Positions 7,890-19,421 of a stretch of 64,000 bases of DNA are shown piece by piece. How positions within the stretch are numbered: position 1 is the first letter of the stretch; each line of letters starts with the position of its first letter. This DNA is from Gammaproteobacteria bacterium (lineage in GTDB: Bacteria; Pseudomonadota; Gammaproteobacteria; Eutrophobiales; Eutrophobiaceae): positions 2,752,001 through 2,816,000 of the forward strand of contig OZ220696.1 of the NCBI GenBank assembly GCA_965116495.1, in the 5' to 3' direction. Both the position numbers and the translations under genes were made by a program. The notes under the pieces were generated by a model. It made no database searches, had not been told where the DNA came from, and saw only the letters and a program-made list of their open reading frames with translations.

Positions 7890-9623
7890 TTACGGTTCCG
7901 CAGAATAGACTTCCTCTCCCGACACCACCGTCAACACCACTTGCGTCTCGCTGATCTCCTCCACCGGCACCTGGAAAATATTCCTGTCGAGGACGATGAA
8001 GTCGGCGGACTTGCCGACCTCGATAGTGCCCGTACGGTCCGCGTTTTTTGCCGCGACGGCGCCGTTGATGGTAAATATCCGCAATGCGTCCTCCAGGGTA
8101 ATGGCCTGATCCGGCCACAACTTGCCGGGACGTACTCCATAGGGGTCCTGTCTCGTCACCATGGCTTCGATCCCCGGCCAGGGGTTGGGGTCGGGCACCA
8201 CGGACGGCCAGTCGGACCCGTAGATAAGGTGTGCGCCGGCGTCCTGCAATGATTTTATGGGCCAGAACCGGTTTGCTCTTTCCTCTCCAATCACCCCCGC
8301 CATGACCTCGACCAGCAGCGACGGATACCACAGGATAGGGGAGAACTCCGCGGTCACGTTCAATTGTTTGAAGCGGGGAATATCATCCGGGTGAATTAAT
8401 TCCGCATGGGAAATCTCATGCATGAGGCCGGAGTCGCCGTTCGCTTCGCGCGCGGCTTCGATAGCGTCCAGCGCCACCCGCACCGCGCGGTCTCCGGTTG
8501 CGTGGATCTTGACCGTCTGCCCCTGGACGTCCAGGTAAACCATATCCTCGGCCAATTGCGCCGGGGTGTGTATCAGCTTGCCGGTGAAACTGTCGCCATG
8601 GGTTTCATCGGGCAGATAGGGCTCCAGCATGGCGGAGGTACGCGTAGGCGGTATACCGTCAAGCATGATTTTTGTGAAGTTGGTGCCTACATTTTGGGTC
8701 GCGTAGTCAGCCCGCAATTTCAGGTTTTCCAGTTCTTTTTCCCGGGTGTCGGTCCAGGCTATTTTCCAGACGATACTGGCGCTGACTTTCATGGTTAAGC
8801 GCCCGGCCTGGTCCAGGCTTCGATAGGCTTTCAGCGCGTTGCTGTCGGCCGCGGCGTCCTTGACGCTGGTCACGCCCACCTTGTTCATTTCATGCATTGC
8901 CCAGGCCAGTGCGTTTTCATATTGCTCATCGGTATAGGCAGGTATCTGTTTCAGGACATCGTAGGCGGCGTTATCGATGAGGATGCCCGTCGGCTCCGTA
9001 CTCCCCCGTTCTCTCAGGATTACGCCACCCGCCGGGTCGGGTGTACTCGCGTCAATACCCAGCACTTCGAGGGCGCGGGAGTTGAGCCAGGCCCCGTGCA
9101 CGGTGGAATCGCCCAGGTAAACCGGATGCTCCCGGGTGATCGCGTCCAGGATTTTTTTATTGGGGACCGTATCGGACTGCATCAGTTCCATGGCCCACTG
9201 GCCGCCGCGAATCCACTCACCCTTCGGGGTGTCGGCTGCGCACGCCGTCAATTTTGCGACGATCTCATCCATGCTGAAGGTAAAGGGAAACGCGCACTGG
9301 AAGTTGTACTTTTCGCCGGCTTCCTTGGGGTGGGCATGCATGTCGTGGATGCCGGGCATCAGCATCCTGCCGTTGAGGTCGACAACCCGGGCCTGGTCCG
9401 ACACCTGCGCCTGTACCTCCTGGTTGCTGCCCAGCGCGGTGATCACCCCGTCTGTTACCGCCAGCGCTTGCGCCACGGCCCGGCCGGGGTCGACCGTGTA
9501 GATAAACCCGTTGGTATAGATGGTTTCCTGCGGTTGAGACTGGTTGTTACCAGAACAGCCGGCGGCACAGACCAGTGCCGTCAGCAGTATAAGTCCCGGA
9601 AATTTCAAAGCATTAATATTCAT
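7890..9623 (-). CDS. Amidohydrolase family 3 (YtcJ-like) lipoprotein
   Basis: PGIHDMHAH, HATGDRA, GSDWP, GTIEVGKSADF motifs; lipobox AAGC. Confidence 0.9.
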   Translation of the reverse strand: MNINALKFPGLILLTALVCAAGCSGNNQSQPQETIYTNGFIYTVDPGRAVAQALAVTDGVITALGSNQEVQAQVSDQARVVDLNGRMLMPGIHDMHAHPKEAGEKYNFQCAFPFTFSMDEIVAKLTACAADTPKGEWIRGGQWAMELMQSDTVPNKKILDAITREHPVYLGDSTVHGAWLNSRALEVLGIDASTPDPAGGVILRERGSTEPTGILIDNAAYDVLKQIPAYTDEQYENALAWAMHEMNKVGVTSVKDAAADSNALKAYRSLDQAGRLTMKVSASIVWKIAWTDTREKELENLKLRADYATQNVGTNFTKIMLDGIPPTRTSAMLEPYLPDETHGDSFTGKLIHTPAQLAEDMVYLDVQGQTVKIHATGDRAVRVALDAIEAAREANGDSGLMHEISHAELIHPDDIPRFKQLNVTAEFSPILWYPSLLVEVMAGVIGEERANRFWPIKSLQDAGAHLIYGSDWPSVVPDPNPWPGIEAMVTRQDPYGVRPGKLWPDQAITLEDALRIFTINGAVAAKNADRTGTIEVGKSADFIVLDRNIFQVPVEEISETQVVLTVVSGEEVYSAEP

Positions 9624-11303
9624 AATGATTCTTGCCGTTGGTAAAACGCATTTTCAACTCATCAAATACCAATACGTCATTATCGTCAACGTATTGTTGC
9701 CACAGCGCCAGCATATCCTGTAGTTTCCCGGGCCGGGACTGCGCCAGGTCATTCAGTTCCCCGGGGTCCTCTTCCAGGTTGTATAACTCCCAGCTTTCCT
9801 TGCCCCAGGGCCGGTTATTATACAGTAGCTTCCAGTCGCCCTGGCGGATCATGCGCCGGTTGAACAGTTCAAGGCCATAAACGTGTTCCGGAGAGTGTAC
9901 GACGGACTCCTGGCCTGCGAGGTGTGAAAAGAACGGCTTGCCAATCATCGGGTGAACCCGGCGTCCCTCAAATTCCGGCGCGGGATGCGGCACTTTTGCC
10001 AGTTGCAGGATAGTGGGCGCCACGTCCAGTACGGTGATGAACGCATCGGAACGGCTGCCTGCTTTTATCCGGTCCGGAAATACTGCGATGGTGGGCGAGA
10101 CCAGGCCGCCCTGGGTAGGGAAGCCTTTATACATGTGAAACGGCGTGTTGCTGACGTGCGCCCATCCCGGTCCTGTCGAAGCATAGGAGCCGGGTTTCCC
10201 CATGTTTTCATAACTCAAATCGAAATTCGACGGCACCCAGGTGGGATTGCTGGCGAGATCGTGCGGGTTATTGCCCTCTGCGCCGTTATCGGAAAAGAAC
10301 AGGATAAAGGTATTCTCATATTCGCCCGAATCTTTCAGGTACCGGATCAGGCGGCCGATGTTCTCATCCAGCGCCTCCACCATCGCTGCGTAGAGTTGCA
10401 TACGGCGCACTTCAAGCTTTTTCTGCTCCCCGTCGAGTTCATCCCAGCCGGGCCATTCCCGATGCTGCGGCGCGGGTGTCTGTCCCGGTTTTATGAGGCC
10501 CGTGGCCTGCATCCGCTCGATGCGTTTCTCGCGGATCCCGTCATAGCCGACTTCATACACACCTTCGTACCTGTCGACATACTCCCGGGGCGCCTGTAAC
10601 GGCCAATGGGGCGCGGTGTAGGCTGCGTAACCAAAGAACGGTTTGCCGTCAGCACGGTTTTTGTCGATGTACTCAATCATCTTGTCGGTGAAATACACGG
10701 AAGAATAAAAATCATCGGGCAGGGCCTGTAACTGCTCGTTGCCTTCAGCCCAGAATGACACTTCCTCGTACTCGGTAATGCCGCGCATGTCTGAGAAGTG
10801 GCTTGCGCCGCCGTGTTTCAGCCAGAAGGCCTCTTCGAAACCCCGGTCCAGGGGGTAGTAGCCTTCCTCGTAGCCCAACTGCCACTTGCCCGACATGTAG
10901 GTGTGATAACCGGACTCCCTGAGCAGTCTCACAAACGTGACGATGTCCTTGTTCAGGAAGCCCTCGTAGCCGGGTTTGCCTTTCTGCTCTTCCGACCACA
11001 TGCCGTTCATGGTGCCGAGGCCGGCGCGGTGGGCGTCGGCGCCGGACATCAGTAAGGCACGGGTGGGAGAGCAGGTGGGCGCCACGTGGAAGTTGGTCAG
11101 CATCTTGCCGGCGCCGGCCAGGGCATCCAGGTTCGGCGTGCTGATCTCGCCGCCGAATACGCCCAGGTCCGAGTAACCCAGGTCATCCGCAATGATCAGC
11201 AGGATGTTGGGCCGCGGGTCATTTTTATCAGTTTCTGCCTGATCCGTACAACCGGCCAAACCCTGCAAACCGGTAATCAAAAAAATATAATAACTGTGCG
11301 CAT
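9613..11303 (-). CDS. atsA: Arylsulfatase (AtsA-like); N-terminal signal is out of frame at a T7 tract
   Basis: ADDLG, CSPTR formylglycine motif, SDNG, GDWKL; natural ATG at 11303 is frameshifted relative to the main ORF (TTG 11280). Confidence 0.85.
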
Positions 11304-11333
11304 CGTATGTGCCCCGGTGGGATTTTATTCTAT

Positions 11334-12368
11334 TCAGACGATCTTCAGTTGTGGCATGACGTTCTCGGCAAACCGTTCCAGCGAACGCATTTCCTCGTCG
11401 TGTCCGATATCGCCGAACGCGGGTTGCAGCGCCAGGTAATTCACGCCTGTTACCTCCACCTGGCGGGCCAGGGCATCAGCCACCCTGGTTGCGCTGCCGT
11501 GCACCATCATCCCGATCTCCACGGCCTTTTCAAACCTGGAGATCGGACCCAGGTGCGGCGCTTCAATATTGCGTTCTACCCACAGCCTGTGCAGTTTGGC
11601 AAACCAGTCGTTATAGGCCTGGCGCGCGACCGCCTCCGCCTTGCGCTCATCCTCGTTAACGTAGATCATACGCCAGGCGCCGACGAAAGGTTCTGCCGGA
11701 GCGCCGGCGGGCCGTAACGGATCATCCTTGCTGGCGTTCCACTCAGACCGGTAGTTTTCGCTGGCCTGGCGGATAACCTCAGTCGGGCCCAGGGCAATCG
11801 AGTGCATGCCGCGCCGGGCTGCCTCAGCCTGGCCGCCGGGGGACATGGACGCACTCCAAAGGGGCAATAGCGACTGTTCGGCCTGCAGAGCCATGGGTAC
11901 GTCTTCGTATTGATAGTGTTTTCCATTAAAGGTCAATGTCGTGCAATTCAACCCCTCAATGATCAGGTCCACACCCTCGATGAACATTTCCATGGCGTCA
12001 TCCGGGTCAACGCCGAAAAAAGCGATTTCAATCGGCGATACGCCGCGACCCAGACCCACCTCCAGCCGGCCGTTGCTGAGGTTGTCCAGCATGCAGATTT
12101 CTTCAATCAGGCGTAACGGTATATACAGGGGGACCAGGTAAACCAGCGGGCCGATGCGTATGGTCGAAGTCGCCTGTGCCAGGGCGGCCAGGAATATACC
12201 GGGAGACGGCGCCGCGCCCAGCGGCGTGCCGTGGTGCTCGGCCAGGTGGTACCCCCTGAAGCCGGCGGCCTCCGCCGCCTGAGCAATTATAATCCTCTCG
12301 GCGTAGGTTCTGCTCAATGGCTCCGCGCGTTTATCCAGGTGATCAAAGATGCCGAATTCGATAGTCAT
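11334..12368 (-). CDS. LLM-class (luciferase-like) flavin-dependent oxidoreductase
   Basis: AEAAGF..YHLAEHH, LDNLSNGRLEVGLGRG. Confidence 0.9.
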   Translation of the reverse strand: MTIEFGIFDHLDKRAEPLSRTYAERIIIAQAAEAAGFRGYHLAEHHGTPLGAAPSPGIFLAALAQATSTIRIGPLVYLVPLYIPLRLIEEICMLDNLSNGRLEVGLGRGVSPIEIAFFGVDPDDAMEMFIEGVDLIIEGLNCTTLTFNGKHYQYEDVPMALQAEQSLLPLWSASMSPGGQAEAARRGMHSIALGPTEVIRQASENYRSEWNASKDDPLRPAGAPAEPFVGAWRMIYVNEDERKAEAVARQAYNDWFAKLHRLWVERNIEAPHLGPISRFEKAVEIGMMVHGSATRVADALARQVEVTGVNYLALQPAFGDIGHDEEMRSLERFAENVMPQLKIV

Positions 12369-12536
12369 TCCTTATTGCCTCATATGGATTCCTCCGCCGT
12401 TCAGGCTGCATTCTACCTTCTTTCTGCGGAAAAATTGCCTCACTGTCGGAATTCCGTGTATTCTTATCGCCTTTCAAAACTCCGGCAGGGCTTTTTTTGA
12501 TATATTCGCCCAATTGCGCTATCACGAGAACAAAGC

Positions 12537-13286
12537 ATGAAAATACTGATCCCGATAAAACGCGTCATCGATTACAACGTCCGCATCCGCGTGAAAAAAG
12601 ACGGTAGCGGCGTTGAAACGGCGAACGTAAAAATGTCCATGAATCCGTTTTGTGAAATTGCCGTGGAAGAGGCGGTACGGATCACGGAAGCCGGAAATGC
12701 GGATGAGATCGTGGTGGTAACCATCGGCGGGCGCCAGTGCCAGGATATCCTGCGCACCGCCCTGGCGATGGGCGCCGACCGGGCCATATTGATCGAGACG
12801 GACGTGGCGGTACAACCCCTGGCTATAGCAAAATTGCTGAAAGTGACGGCCGAACGGGAGGAGCCGAGACTCATCATCACCGGCAAACAGGCCATCGACG
12901 ACGATAACAACCAGACCGGACAGATGCTCTCGGCCCTGCTCGGCTGGCCCCAGGCAACGTTCGCATCGAATATTGAATTTGCCGATGGAGGATTAAATGT
13001 GACCCGGGAAGTGGACGGCGGCCTGGAGACGATAGCCATAAAGCTGCCTGCCGTTATCACCACCGACCTGCGTCTGAATGAACCACGCTACGTCAAACTG
13101 CCCAATATCATGAAAGCCAAGAAAAAGCCGCTCGACGTGATAACCCCGGCAGACCTGGGCATAGACGTTACACCGAGCATAGATATCCTCAACGTCGTCG
13201 AACCGCCGGCCAGGTCGGCGGGCGTAAAGGTGGCTGATGTACAGGAACTGGTAGACAAGCTGCACAATGAAGCAAAGGTGATCTGA
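12537..13286 (+). CDS. etfB: Electron transfer flavoprotein beta subunit
   Basis: [24 protein letters not shown] motifs. Confidence 0.97.
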   Translation: MKILIPIKRVIDYNVRIRVKKDGSGVETANVKMSMNPFCEIAVEEAVRITEAGNADEIVVVTIGGRQCQDILRTALAMGADRAILIETDVAVQPLAIAKLLKVTAEREEPRLIITGKQAIDDDNNQTGQMLSALLGWPQATFASNIEFADGGLNVTREVDGGLETIAIKLPAVITTDLRLNEPRYVKLPNIMKAKKKPLDVITPADLGIDVTPSIDILNVVEPPARSAGVKVADVQELVDKLHNEAKVI

Positions 13287-13287
13287 T

Positions 13288-14229
13288 ATGAGCATCCTGG
13301 TTATCGCGGAACACGACAATAAGGCCATCAAATCGTCCACGCTGAATACCGTCGGCGCGGCTGTCCAGTTGGGAGAGGATGTGCTGCTGCTAGTCGCCGG
13401 CAACGGCAGTGAACCGGTCGCAGAAGCCGGCGCGAGGATTGCGGGAATAAGCAGGGTATTGCATGCCGAAGCTGCGCACTATGAGCACGCGCTGGCCGAA
13501 GAACTGGCGCCGCTGGTGGTCGCCTGCAGCGAAGACGTAAGTCATATCCTGGCGCCGGCCAGTACGTTTGGCAAAAACCTGGTGCCCAGGGTGGCGGCAC
13601 TGCTTGACGTCGGCGTGGTTGCGGACATTGTGAGTATTGAATCTGCCGACACGTTTGTACGCCCGATTTATGCCGGCAACGCCCTTGCCACAGTCCGCAG
13701 CAATGACGCCGTCAAGGTCATCAGCGTCCGCAGCACGAATTTTGACGCGGCCGCCGCCGAGGGTGGAACAGCCGTAATCGAACCGGTCAGTGTTTCTGAT
13801 CCTGCCGGCCTGTCCGCGTTTGTCGGTCAGGAAACCGCCGAATCGGAACGGCCTGAACTCACCAGCGCAGGCATTGTCATCTCCGGCGGCCGCGGTTTCG
13901 GCAGCGGCGACAATTTCAAGCTGCTGGACGATATAGCCGACAAACTGGGCGCGGCCATAGGCGCTTCCCGGGCCGCGGTAGATGCCGGCTATGTCCCCAA
14001 TGACTACCAGGTAGGCCAGACCGGCAAGATCGTCGCGCCTGACCTGTATATCGCCGTCGGGATATCCGGCGCCATACAACACCTGGCCGGGATGAAAGAA
14101 AGCAAGGTGATCGTCGCCATCAACAAGGATGAGGAAGCCCCCATCTTCGAAATTGCCGATTACGGTCTGGTTGCGGATTTGTTCCAGGCCCTGCCGGAAT
14201 TTTCCGCCGCGCTGGACAATCTCGATTAA
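13288..14229 (+). CDS. etfA: Electron transfer flavoprotein alpha subunit
   Basis: [32 protein letters not shown]. Confidence 0.97.
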   Translation: MSILVIAEHDNKAIKSSTLNTVGAAVQLGEDVLLLVAGNGSEPVAEAGARIAGISRVLHAEAAHYEHALAEELAPLVVACSEDVSHILAPASTFGKNLVPRVAALLDVGVVADIVSIESADTFVRPIYAGNALATVRSNDAVKVISVRSTNFDAAAAEGGTAVIEPVSVSDPAGLSAFVGQETAESERPELTSAGIVISGGRGFGSGDNFKLLDDIADKLGAAIGASRAAVDAGYVPNDYQVGQTGKIVAPDLYIAVGISGAIQHLAGMKESKVIVAINKDEEAPIFEIADYGLVADLFQALPEFSAALDNLD

Positions 14230-14248
14230 TCGGCATATCGGCGACCCG

Positions 14249-14272
14249 GGGGACGGACTTAAGTCCGTCCCC
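14249..14272. repeat. Perfect 24-bp palindrome, GGGGAC-type REP-like element
   Basis: GGGGACGGACTT|AAGTCCGTCCCC. Confidence 0.85.
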
Positions 14273-14281
14273 GAACGCATA

Positions 14282-15157
14282 ATGGAACGTCAACATCATC
14301 CCTACCTGGCGGCAGTATTCATGTTCATGGCAACGATCTTTTTCTGCCTGGCCGACGTAATGGGGAAGTGGTTGACGGAAGTCTACCCGGTGATACAGGT
14401 GACCTGGCTGAGACATGTCGTCGGTATAATCGTCGTGTTCAGCATCATTGTCGCTACGTCAAACCTGGGAAAACTGAAAACCAGGCGACCTGTATGGCAT
14501 GGTTTGCGGAGTCTGGCCAGCGCTATTATGGTACTGTCCATTTTTTATGGCCTGAAACATATCCCGCTGGCTGAATTTGTATCGCTGACGTTTTCAATCC
14601 CTTTCTTCGTTGCCCTGTTGTCTCCCTGGTTGTTAAAGGAAAAAGTCACGATGCACACCTGGGCTGCTATCACCATCGGTTTTGTCGGCGTGCTGTTTAT
14701 ATTGAGACCGACCCCCGACCATTTTCATTATGCCCACTTGACCAGCCTGGCGCTGGCGTTCCTGGCCAGCCTGGTGCTTATGAGCGCGAGGTATTTGTCC
14801 ACGACTGAGAACAGGTGGTCGCTCAATTTTTACCTGCCTGTCGCCGGCATCATCCTGTATGGCTACTGGGCATTAAGTTACTGGGTTGACCCGACAACGA
14901 TGCACTGGCTGATGATTGCTACCCTGGGGGTATCACAGACGGCCGCGCTGGCCTGTTATATAGAGGCCTTACGCCTGGCGCGCCCGTCGGTTATTGCGCC
15001 GCTGGATTATGTACGCCTGATCTGGACGCTCATCGTCGGCTACGTCATCTGGCAGGAAATCCCGGATCAATATACCTGGATTGGGATCATCATCATCGTT
15101 GCCAGCGGCATCTACATCGTGAGCCACGGCTACGTGAGTAAAACGGAACATCTGTAA
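14282..15157 (+). CDS. DMT/EamA family transporter
   Basis: About 10 TM helices, LLKEKV, APLDY motifs; ATG at 14282. Confidence 0.9.
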   Translation: MERQHHPYLAAVFMFMATIFFCLADVMGKWLTEVYPVIQVTWLRHVVGIIVVFSIIVATSNLGKLKTRRPVWHGLRSLASAIMVLSIFYGLKHIPLAEFVSLTFSIPFFVALLSPWLLKEKVTMHTWAAITIGFVGVLFILRPTPDHFHYAHLTSLALAFLASLVLMSARYLSTTENRWSLNFYLPVAGIILYGYWALSYWVDPTTMHWLMIATLGVSQTAALACYIEALRLARPSVIAPLDYVRLIWTLIVGYVIWQEIPDQYTWIGIIIIVASGIYIVSHGYVSKTEHL

Positions 15158-15261
15158 TCCTCTTGTCCCGAACGTTTCTTTCACAAAGAGGTTATTTTCG
15201 GTTCAGCGACGGTACTGTCCACTACTTGACCTGCAGGTTCATATTCATCAAAATCTGACGA

Positions 15262-17703
15262 ATGGCCTTGAAAAAATCCCAACTCTACTCATCACTCTGG
15301 CAAAGCTGTGATGAGTTGCGCGGCGGCATGGATGCCTCGCAATACAAGGATTACATACTTACGTTGCTGTTTATGAAGTATGTCTCGGACAAGCGCGCCG
15401 GCGACCCCGATGCGCTGATTGAAGTCCCCGACGGGGGCGGTTTTGCCGACATGGTAAAGCTAAAGGGTGACAAGGAGATTGGCGACAAGATTAATAAGAT
15501 TATCGCCAAACTAGCTGAAGCGAATGAGCTTAAAGGTGTCATCGACCAAGCCAGCTTTAACGACGAAAGCAAATTAGGTGCCGGAAAAGAAATGCAGGAC
15601 CGGCTATCCAAGCTGGTCGCCATATTTGAAAATCTTGACTTCCGTGCCAACCGGACCGAAGGCGACGATCTCCTCGGTGACGCCTACGAATACCTGATGC
15701 AACACTTCGCCACCGAGTCTGGCAAGAGCAAGGGGCAATTCTACACACCGGCTGAAGTCTCTCGCATCATGGCCCAGGTGCTCGGCATCGGCCCGGTAAC
15801 CCGTCAGGACCAGACCATCTACGATCCTGCCTGCGGTTCCGGTTCCCTGCTGCTCAAGGCAGCCGACCAGGCGCCACGCGGAATTACAATTTATGGTCAG
15901 GAAATGGACAATGCAACCTGGGCGCTGGCGCGCATGAACATGATCCTGCACAACCACCCGACCGCGGATCTATGGCGCGGTAATACGTTGTCTGCTCCGT
16001 ACTTCAAAAACCAAAACGGCAGTCTCAAAACCTTCGATTTCGCCGTTGCCAATCCTCCTTTTTCAGCCAAAGCCTGGTCCAGCGGACTCGATCCGGCTAA
16101 TGACGAATACCGGCGTTTCGAGTACGGCATTCCACCGGCAAAGAATGGCGATTACGCTTTCCTGCTGCACCTCATCACATCGCTTAAGAGCAGGGGTAAA
16201 GGCGCAATTATCCTGCCCCACGGTGTGCTGTTTCGTGGTAACAGGGAGGCCGATATCCGCAGGAATCTGGTCCGGCGCGGCTTCATCAAAGGCATCATCG
16301 GCTTGCCCGAGAACCTTTTCTACGGCACCGGCATACCCGCCTGCATCCTGGTCATCGACAAGGAGAATGCGCACGCCCGCACCGGCATTTTCATGATCGA
16401 CGCGAGTAAGGGTTTTAAGAAAGACGGCAATAAGAACCGCCTGCGGGCACAGGACATACACCGGATTGTGGACGTGTTCAACAGGCAGACTGAACTGCGC
16501 GGTTATTCCCGCATGGCGCCGGTGGCCGAGATTGCCAGCCCCGCCAACGACTACAACCTTAATATTCCGCGCTATATCGATTCCAGCGAACCGGAAGACC
16601 TGCACGACCTGGACGCCCACCTGAACGGGGGCATTCCCGATTATGACCTTGATGCCTTGAGCGCTTACTGGAACGTCTTTCCCACGCTACGCCAAACGCT
16701 GTTTTCGAGTGACGGCCGCTCCGGTTACAGTGCAGCCCGCGTCGAGACGTCGCAAGTGAAAGCCGCCATTCTCGACCACGACGAATTCAATGCTTTTGAA
16801 CACCAGGTCACGACCACCCTCAACGCGTGGCGAAAAGCGCACGAACCGGCTCTCAAAGCAATACAGCAAGGCGCCAATCCAAAGGCGATCATCCGTAAAC
16901 TGTCGGAAGACCTGCTTACGCGTTTCTCCCACCTGCCGTTGCTGGACGCATACAACGTGTACCAGCGGCTGATGGATTACTGGGATGAGACGATGCAGGA
17001 CGACCTGTATCTGGTAGCCGCGGACGGCTGGATTGACGCCGCCAGGCCGCGCGGAATCATCGAAAGCAAGGAAAAGAAGCTCAAGGAAACGCCGGATCTG
17101 GTCGTCAAGCGCAAGAAGTACAAAATAGACCTGGTGCTCCCGGCGCTGGTCGTAGTCCACTGCTTTTCCGCCGAACGCGAGGCTATGGAAGCGTTGCAAA
17201 CCGCCCAGGAAACCGCCGCCCGCGAACTGGAGGAATTCATCGAAGAGCACAGCGTCGAGGAGGGCCTGCTGGCAGACGCGCTCAACGACAAAGGCAAAGT
17301 GCCCAAAGCCAGCGTGACACAGCGCCTCAAGGCCATAAGCAACGAACCGGAGAGCGAGGAGGAAAGCGAAGTTTTAACAAAATGTCTGACGTTGATTGAG
17401 GCCAACACCAAGTCAGACAAGGCTGTCAAGGAGGCCCAAGCCGCGCTGAACGAGCAAGTGCTGGCCCGTTACTCGTCGCTGACCGAAGCCGAAATCAAGT
17501 CACTCGTCGCAGGGGACAAGTGGTTTGCCAGTATCGACAGCACCATCAAGGGTGAGGTACAGCGCATAACCCAACAGCTTGCCGGGCGCGTCAAGGAAGT
17601 GGAAGAACGCTATGCCTCCCCGTTGCCTGAGTTGGAGCGTGAGGTGGAGGCGTACAGCGAAAAGGTCGAGGGACATCTGAAAAAGATGGGGTTGTCGTTG
17701 TGA
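15262..17703 (+). CDS. hsdM: Type I restriction-modification methyltransferase subunit (long form)
   Basis: GQFYTP, DPACGSG, NPPF, LPHGVLFRG; helical C-terminal extension. Confidence 0.97.
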   Translation: MALKKSQLYSSLWQSCDELRGGMDASQYKDYILTLLFMKYVSDKRAGDPDALIEVPDGGGFADMVKLKGDKEIGDKINKIIAKLAEANELKGVIDQASFNDESKLGAGKEMQDRLSKLVAIFENLDFRANRTEGDDLLGDAYEYLMQHFATESGKSKGQFYTPAEVSRIMAQVLGIGPVTRQDQTIYDPACGSGSLLLKAADQAPRGITIYGQEMDNATWALARMNMILHNHPTADLWRGNTLSAPYFKNQNGSLKTFDFAVANPPFSAKAWSSGLDPANDEYRRFEYGIPPAKNGDYAFLLHLITSLKSRGKGAIILPHGVLFRGNREADIRRNLVRRGFIKGIIGLPENLFYGTGIPACILVIDKENAHARTGIFMIDASKGFKKDGNKNRLRAQDIHRIVDVFNRQTELRGYSRMAPVAEIASPANDYNLNIPRYIDSSEPEDLHDLDAHLNGGIPDYDLDALSAYWNVFPTLRQTLFSSDGRSGYSAARVETSQVKAAILDHDEFNAFEHQVTTTLNAWRKAHEPALKAIQQGANPKAIIRKLSEDLLTRFSHLPLLDAYNVYQRLMDYWDETMQDDLYLVAADGWIDAARPRGIIESKEKKLKETPDLVVKRKKYKIDLVLPALVVVHCFSAEREAMEALQTAQETAARELEEFIEEHSVEEGLLADALNDKGKVPKASVTQRLKAISNEPESEEESEVLTKCLTLIEANTKSDKAVKEAQAALNEQVLARYSSLTEAEIKSLVAGDKWFASIDSTIKGEVQRITQQLAGRVKEVEERYASPLPELEREVEAYSEKVEGHLKKMGLSL

Positions 17704-18932
17704 GTCACGTACATGCAAAGGAGGCAACAGGCTACAAATCTGCTGACATAGGGATGACACCGGAGGATTGGGATGTTTACAGCCTTCAGGATATCGTAAA
17801 TCAATTTGTAAACGGAGGTACGCCATCGACAAAGAACGAGGATTTCTGGTCAGGGAATATTCCATGGGTAACCGGAGCTGATATCTTAGATCAGGAAGTT
17901 GCGGTTATCAGGAGACATATCACTGCAGAAGCAGTAGATAGCAGTTCCACAAATGTGATTCCAAAAGGCAACCTTTTGATTGTTTCCCGGACAGGTGTAG
18001 GAAAACTGGCGATTGCACCATGCGATATTGCCATCAGCCAGGATTTTACTGGCATAATCCTGCGTAAAGAAAAGATTCTGGCCGAGTACCTTTTTCGATA
18101 TTTAGACTTTTTTCAGGATGTCTTAGTCAGACAGAACCAAGGAACATCAATCAAGGGAATTACACGAGATACCTTAACTGCAATCCTCATAGCGATCCCA
18201 TCTTATGCCGAACAACGCTCCATTGCCGAGGCATTGTCGGACGTTGATGGTTTGATCAAATCATCAGAGGCATTGATCGCAAAGAAGAAGGCGATCAAGC
18301 AGGCCACCATACAGCAACTCCTCACCGGCAAGACCCGCCTGCAGGGGTTCAGTGGGGCGTGGGAGATAAAGCGGTTGGGAGAGTTTGCTTTCATTCGCAA
18401 TCATAAGGTCTTGCCCTCAGATGTATCCCCAGATATACCCTGCGTGGAGCTTGAACATATCGGGCAAGGGAATGGAAGGCTTCTGGGATGCTCCTCGGCA
18501 CAGTACTCGACATCATCGAAATATTTATTTTCTTCGGGTGATGTGCTTTTTGGTCGGCTTCGAGCATATCTTCGCAAGTTCTGGCTTGCTGATAGAGATG
18601 GCGTTTGCACTACCGAAATATGGCCGTTAGTGACTGACTCTCAGCGGGCAGATAGCGGTTTCTTGTACGCCATCGTCCAATGTGACAAATTTATCGAAAC
18701 GGCAAGTATTTCCTATGGTACGCATATGCCGCGCACAGACTGGGGCGTAATGCGGAACTTTGAAGTCTCACTGCCAGAAATCTCTGAACAACGCGCAATT
18801 GCCTCCGTTCTCTCCGATATAGACGCCGAGATTACGTCACTTGAGCGACGACTAGACAAGACCCGTAGAATCAAGCGTGGTATGATGCAACAACTCCTCA
18901 CCGGTCGCTTACGGCTGGTCAAACCGGTATAA
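17700..18932 (+). CDS. hsdS: Type I R-M specificity subunit
   Basis: Two TRDs, each followed by EQR.IA..LSD.D...QQLLTG. Confidence 0.95.
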   Translation: MSHVHAKEATGYKSADIGMTPEDWDVYSLQDIVNQFVNGGTPSTKNEDFWSGNIPWVTGADILDQEVAVIRRHITAEAVDSSSTNVIPKGNLLIVSRTGVGKLAIAPCDIAISQDFTGIILRKEKILAEYLFRYLDFFQDVLVRQNQGTSIKGITRDTLTAILIAIPSYAEQRSIAEALSDVDGLIKSSEALIAKKKAIKQATIQQLLTGKTRLQGFSGAWEIKRLGEFAFIRNHKVLPSDVSPDIPCVELEHIGQGNGRLLGCSSAQYSTSSKYLFSSGDVLFGRLRAYLRKFWLADRDGVCTTEIWPLVTDSQRADSGFLYAIVQCDKFIETASISYGTHMPRTDWGVMRNFEVSLPEISEQRAIASVLSDIDAEITSLERRLDKTRRIKRGMMQQLLTGRLRLVKPV

Positions 18933-18936
18933 ATAC

Positions 18937-19410
18937 ATGGCAATAACGTATTCGGAGTTAGAGATAGAGTCGTTTGTGCAAGAACGCAAACCTTTATCAA
19001 TCGACTGGGAAAACCGGATTAAACTCAGATCCAAACTCGGGCATGACGAGCGACACCTGGATCTAATTGGTGACGACGGGAACAAGTTCCGTTTGATTCT
19101 CAGGCAAAATCAGATTAGTCCATTGGACTTCTCCGTCATCCTAGCTGTTCGGATTCCACAGTCAAACCAAATCTTTCGCCTCCGGCGCTACAACGGCAAG
19201 AGTCACGAGCACACAAATCATATTGAAGACGTGACATTCTATGATTTTCATATCCACATCGCTACAACACGATATCAGGAGCTTGGAGCGCGAGAAGACG
19301 CCTTCGCAGAACCAACCGAACGCTATGCCGATTTCCGAAGTGCCTTCAACTGCCTCATTGATGATGCGAATTTCGTAATCCCGCCAAAATCACAGACTGA
19401 ACTTTTCTAG
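18937..19410 (+). CDS. Uncharacterised His-rich protein (DUF6978-like), cargo in R-M locus
   Basis: [12 protein letters not shown]...FHIH motif; C-terminal QTELF. Confidence 0.6.
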   Translation: MAITYSELEIESFVQERKPLSIDWENRIKLRSKLGHDERHLDLIGDDGNKFRLILRQNQISPLDFSVILAVRIPQSNQIFRLRRYNGKSHEHTNHIEDVTFYDFHIHIATTRYQELGAREDAFAEPTERYADFRSAFNCLIDDANFVIPPKSQTELF

Positions 19411-19421
19411 GGGTATTAAAT

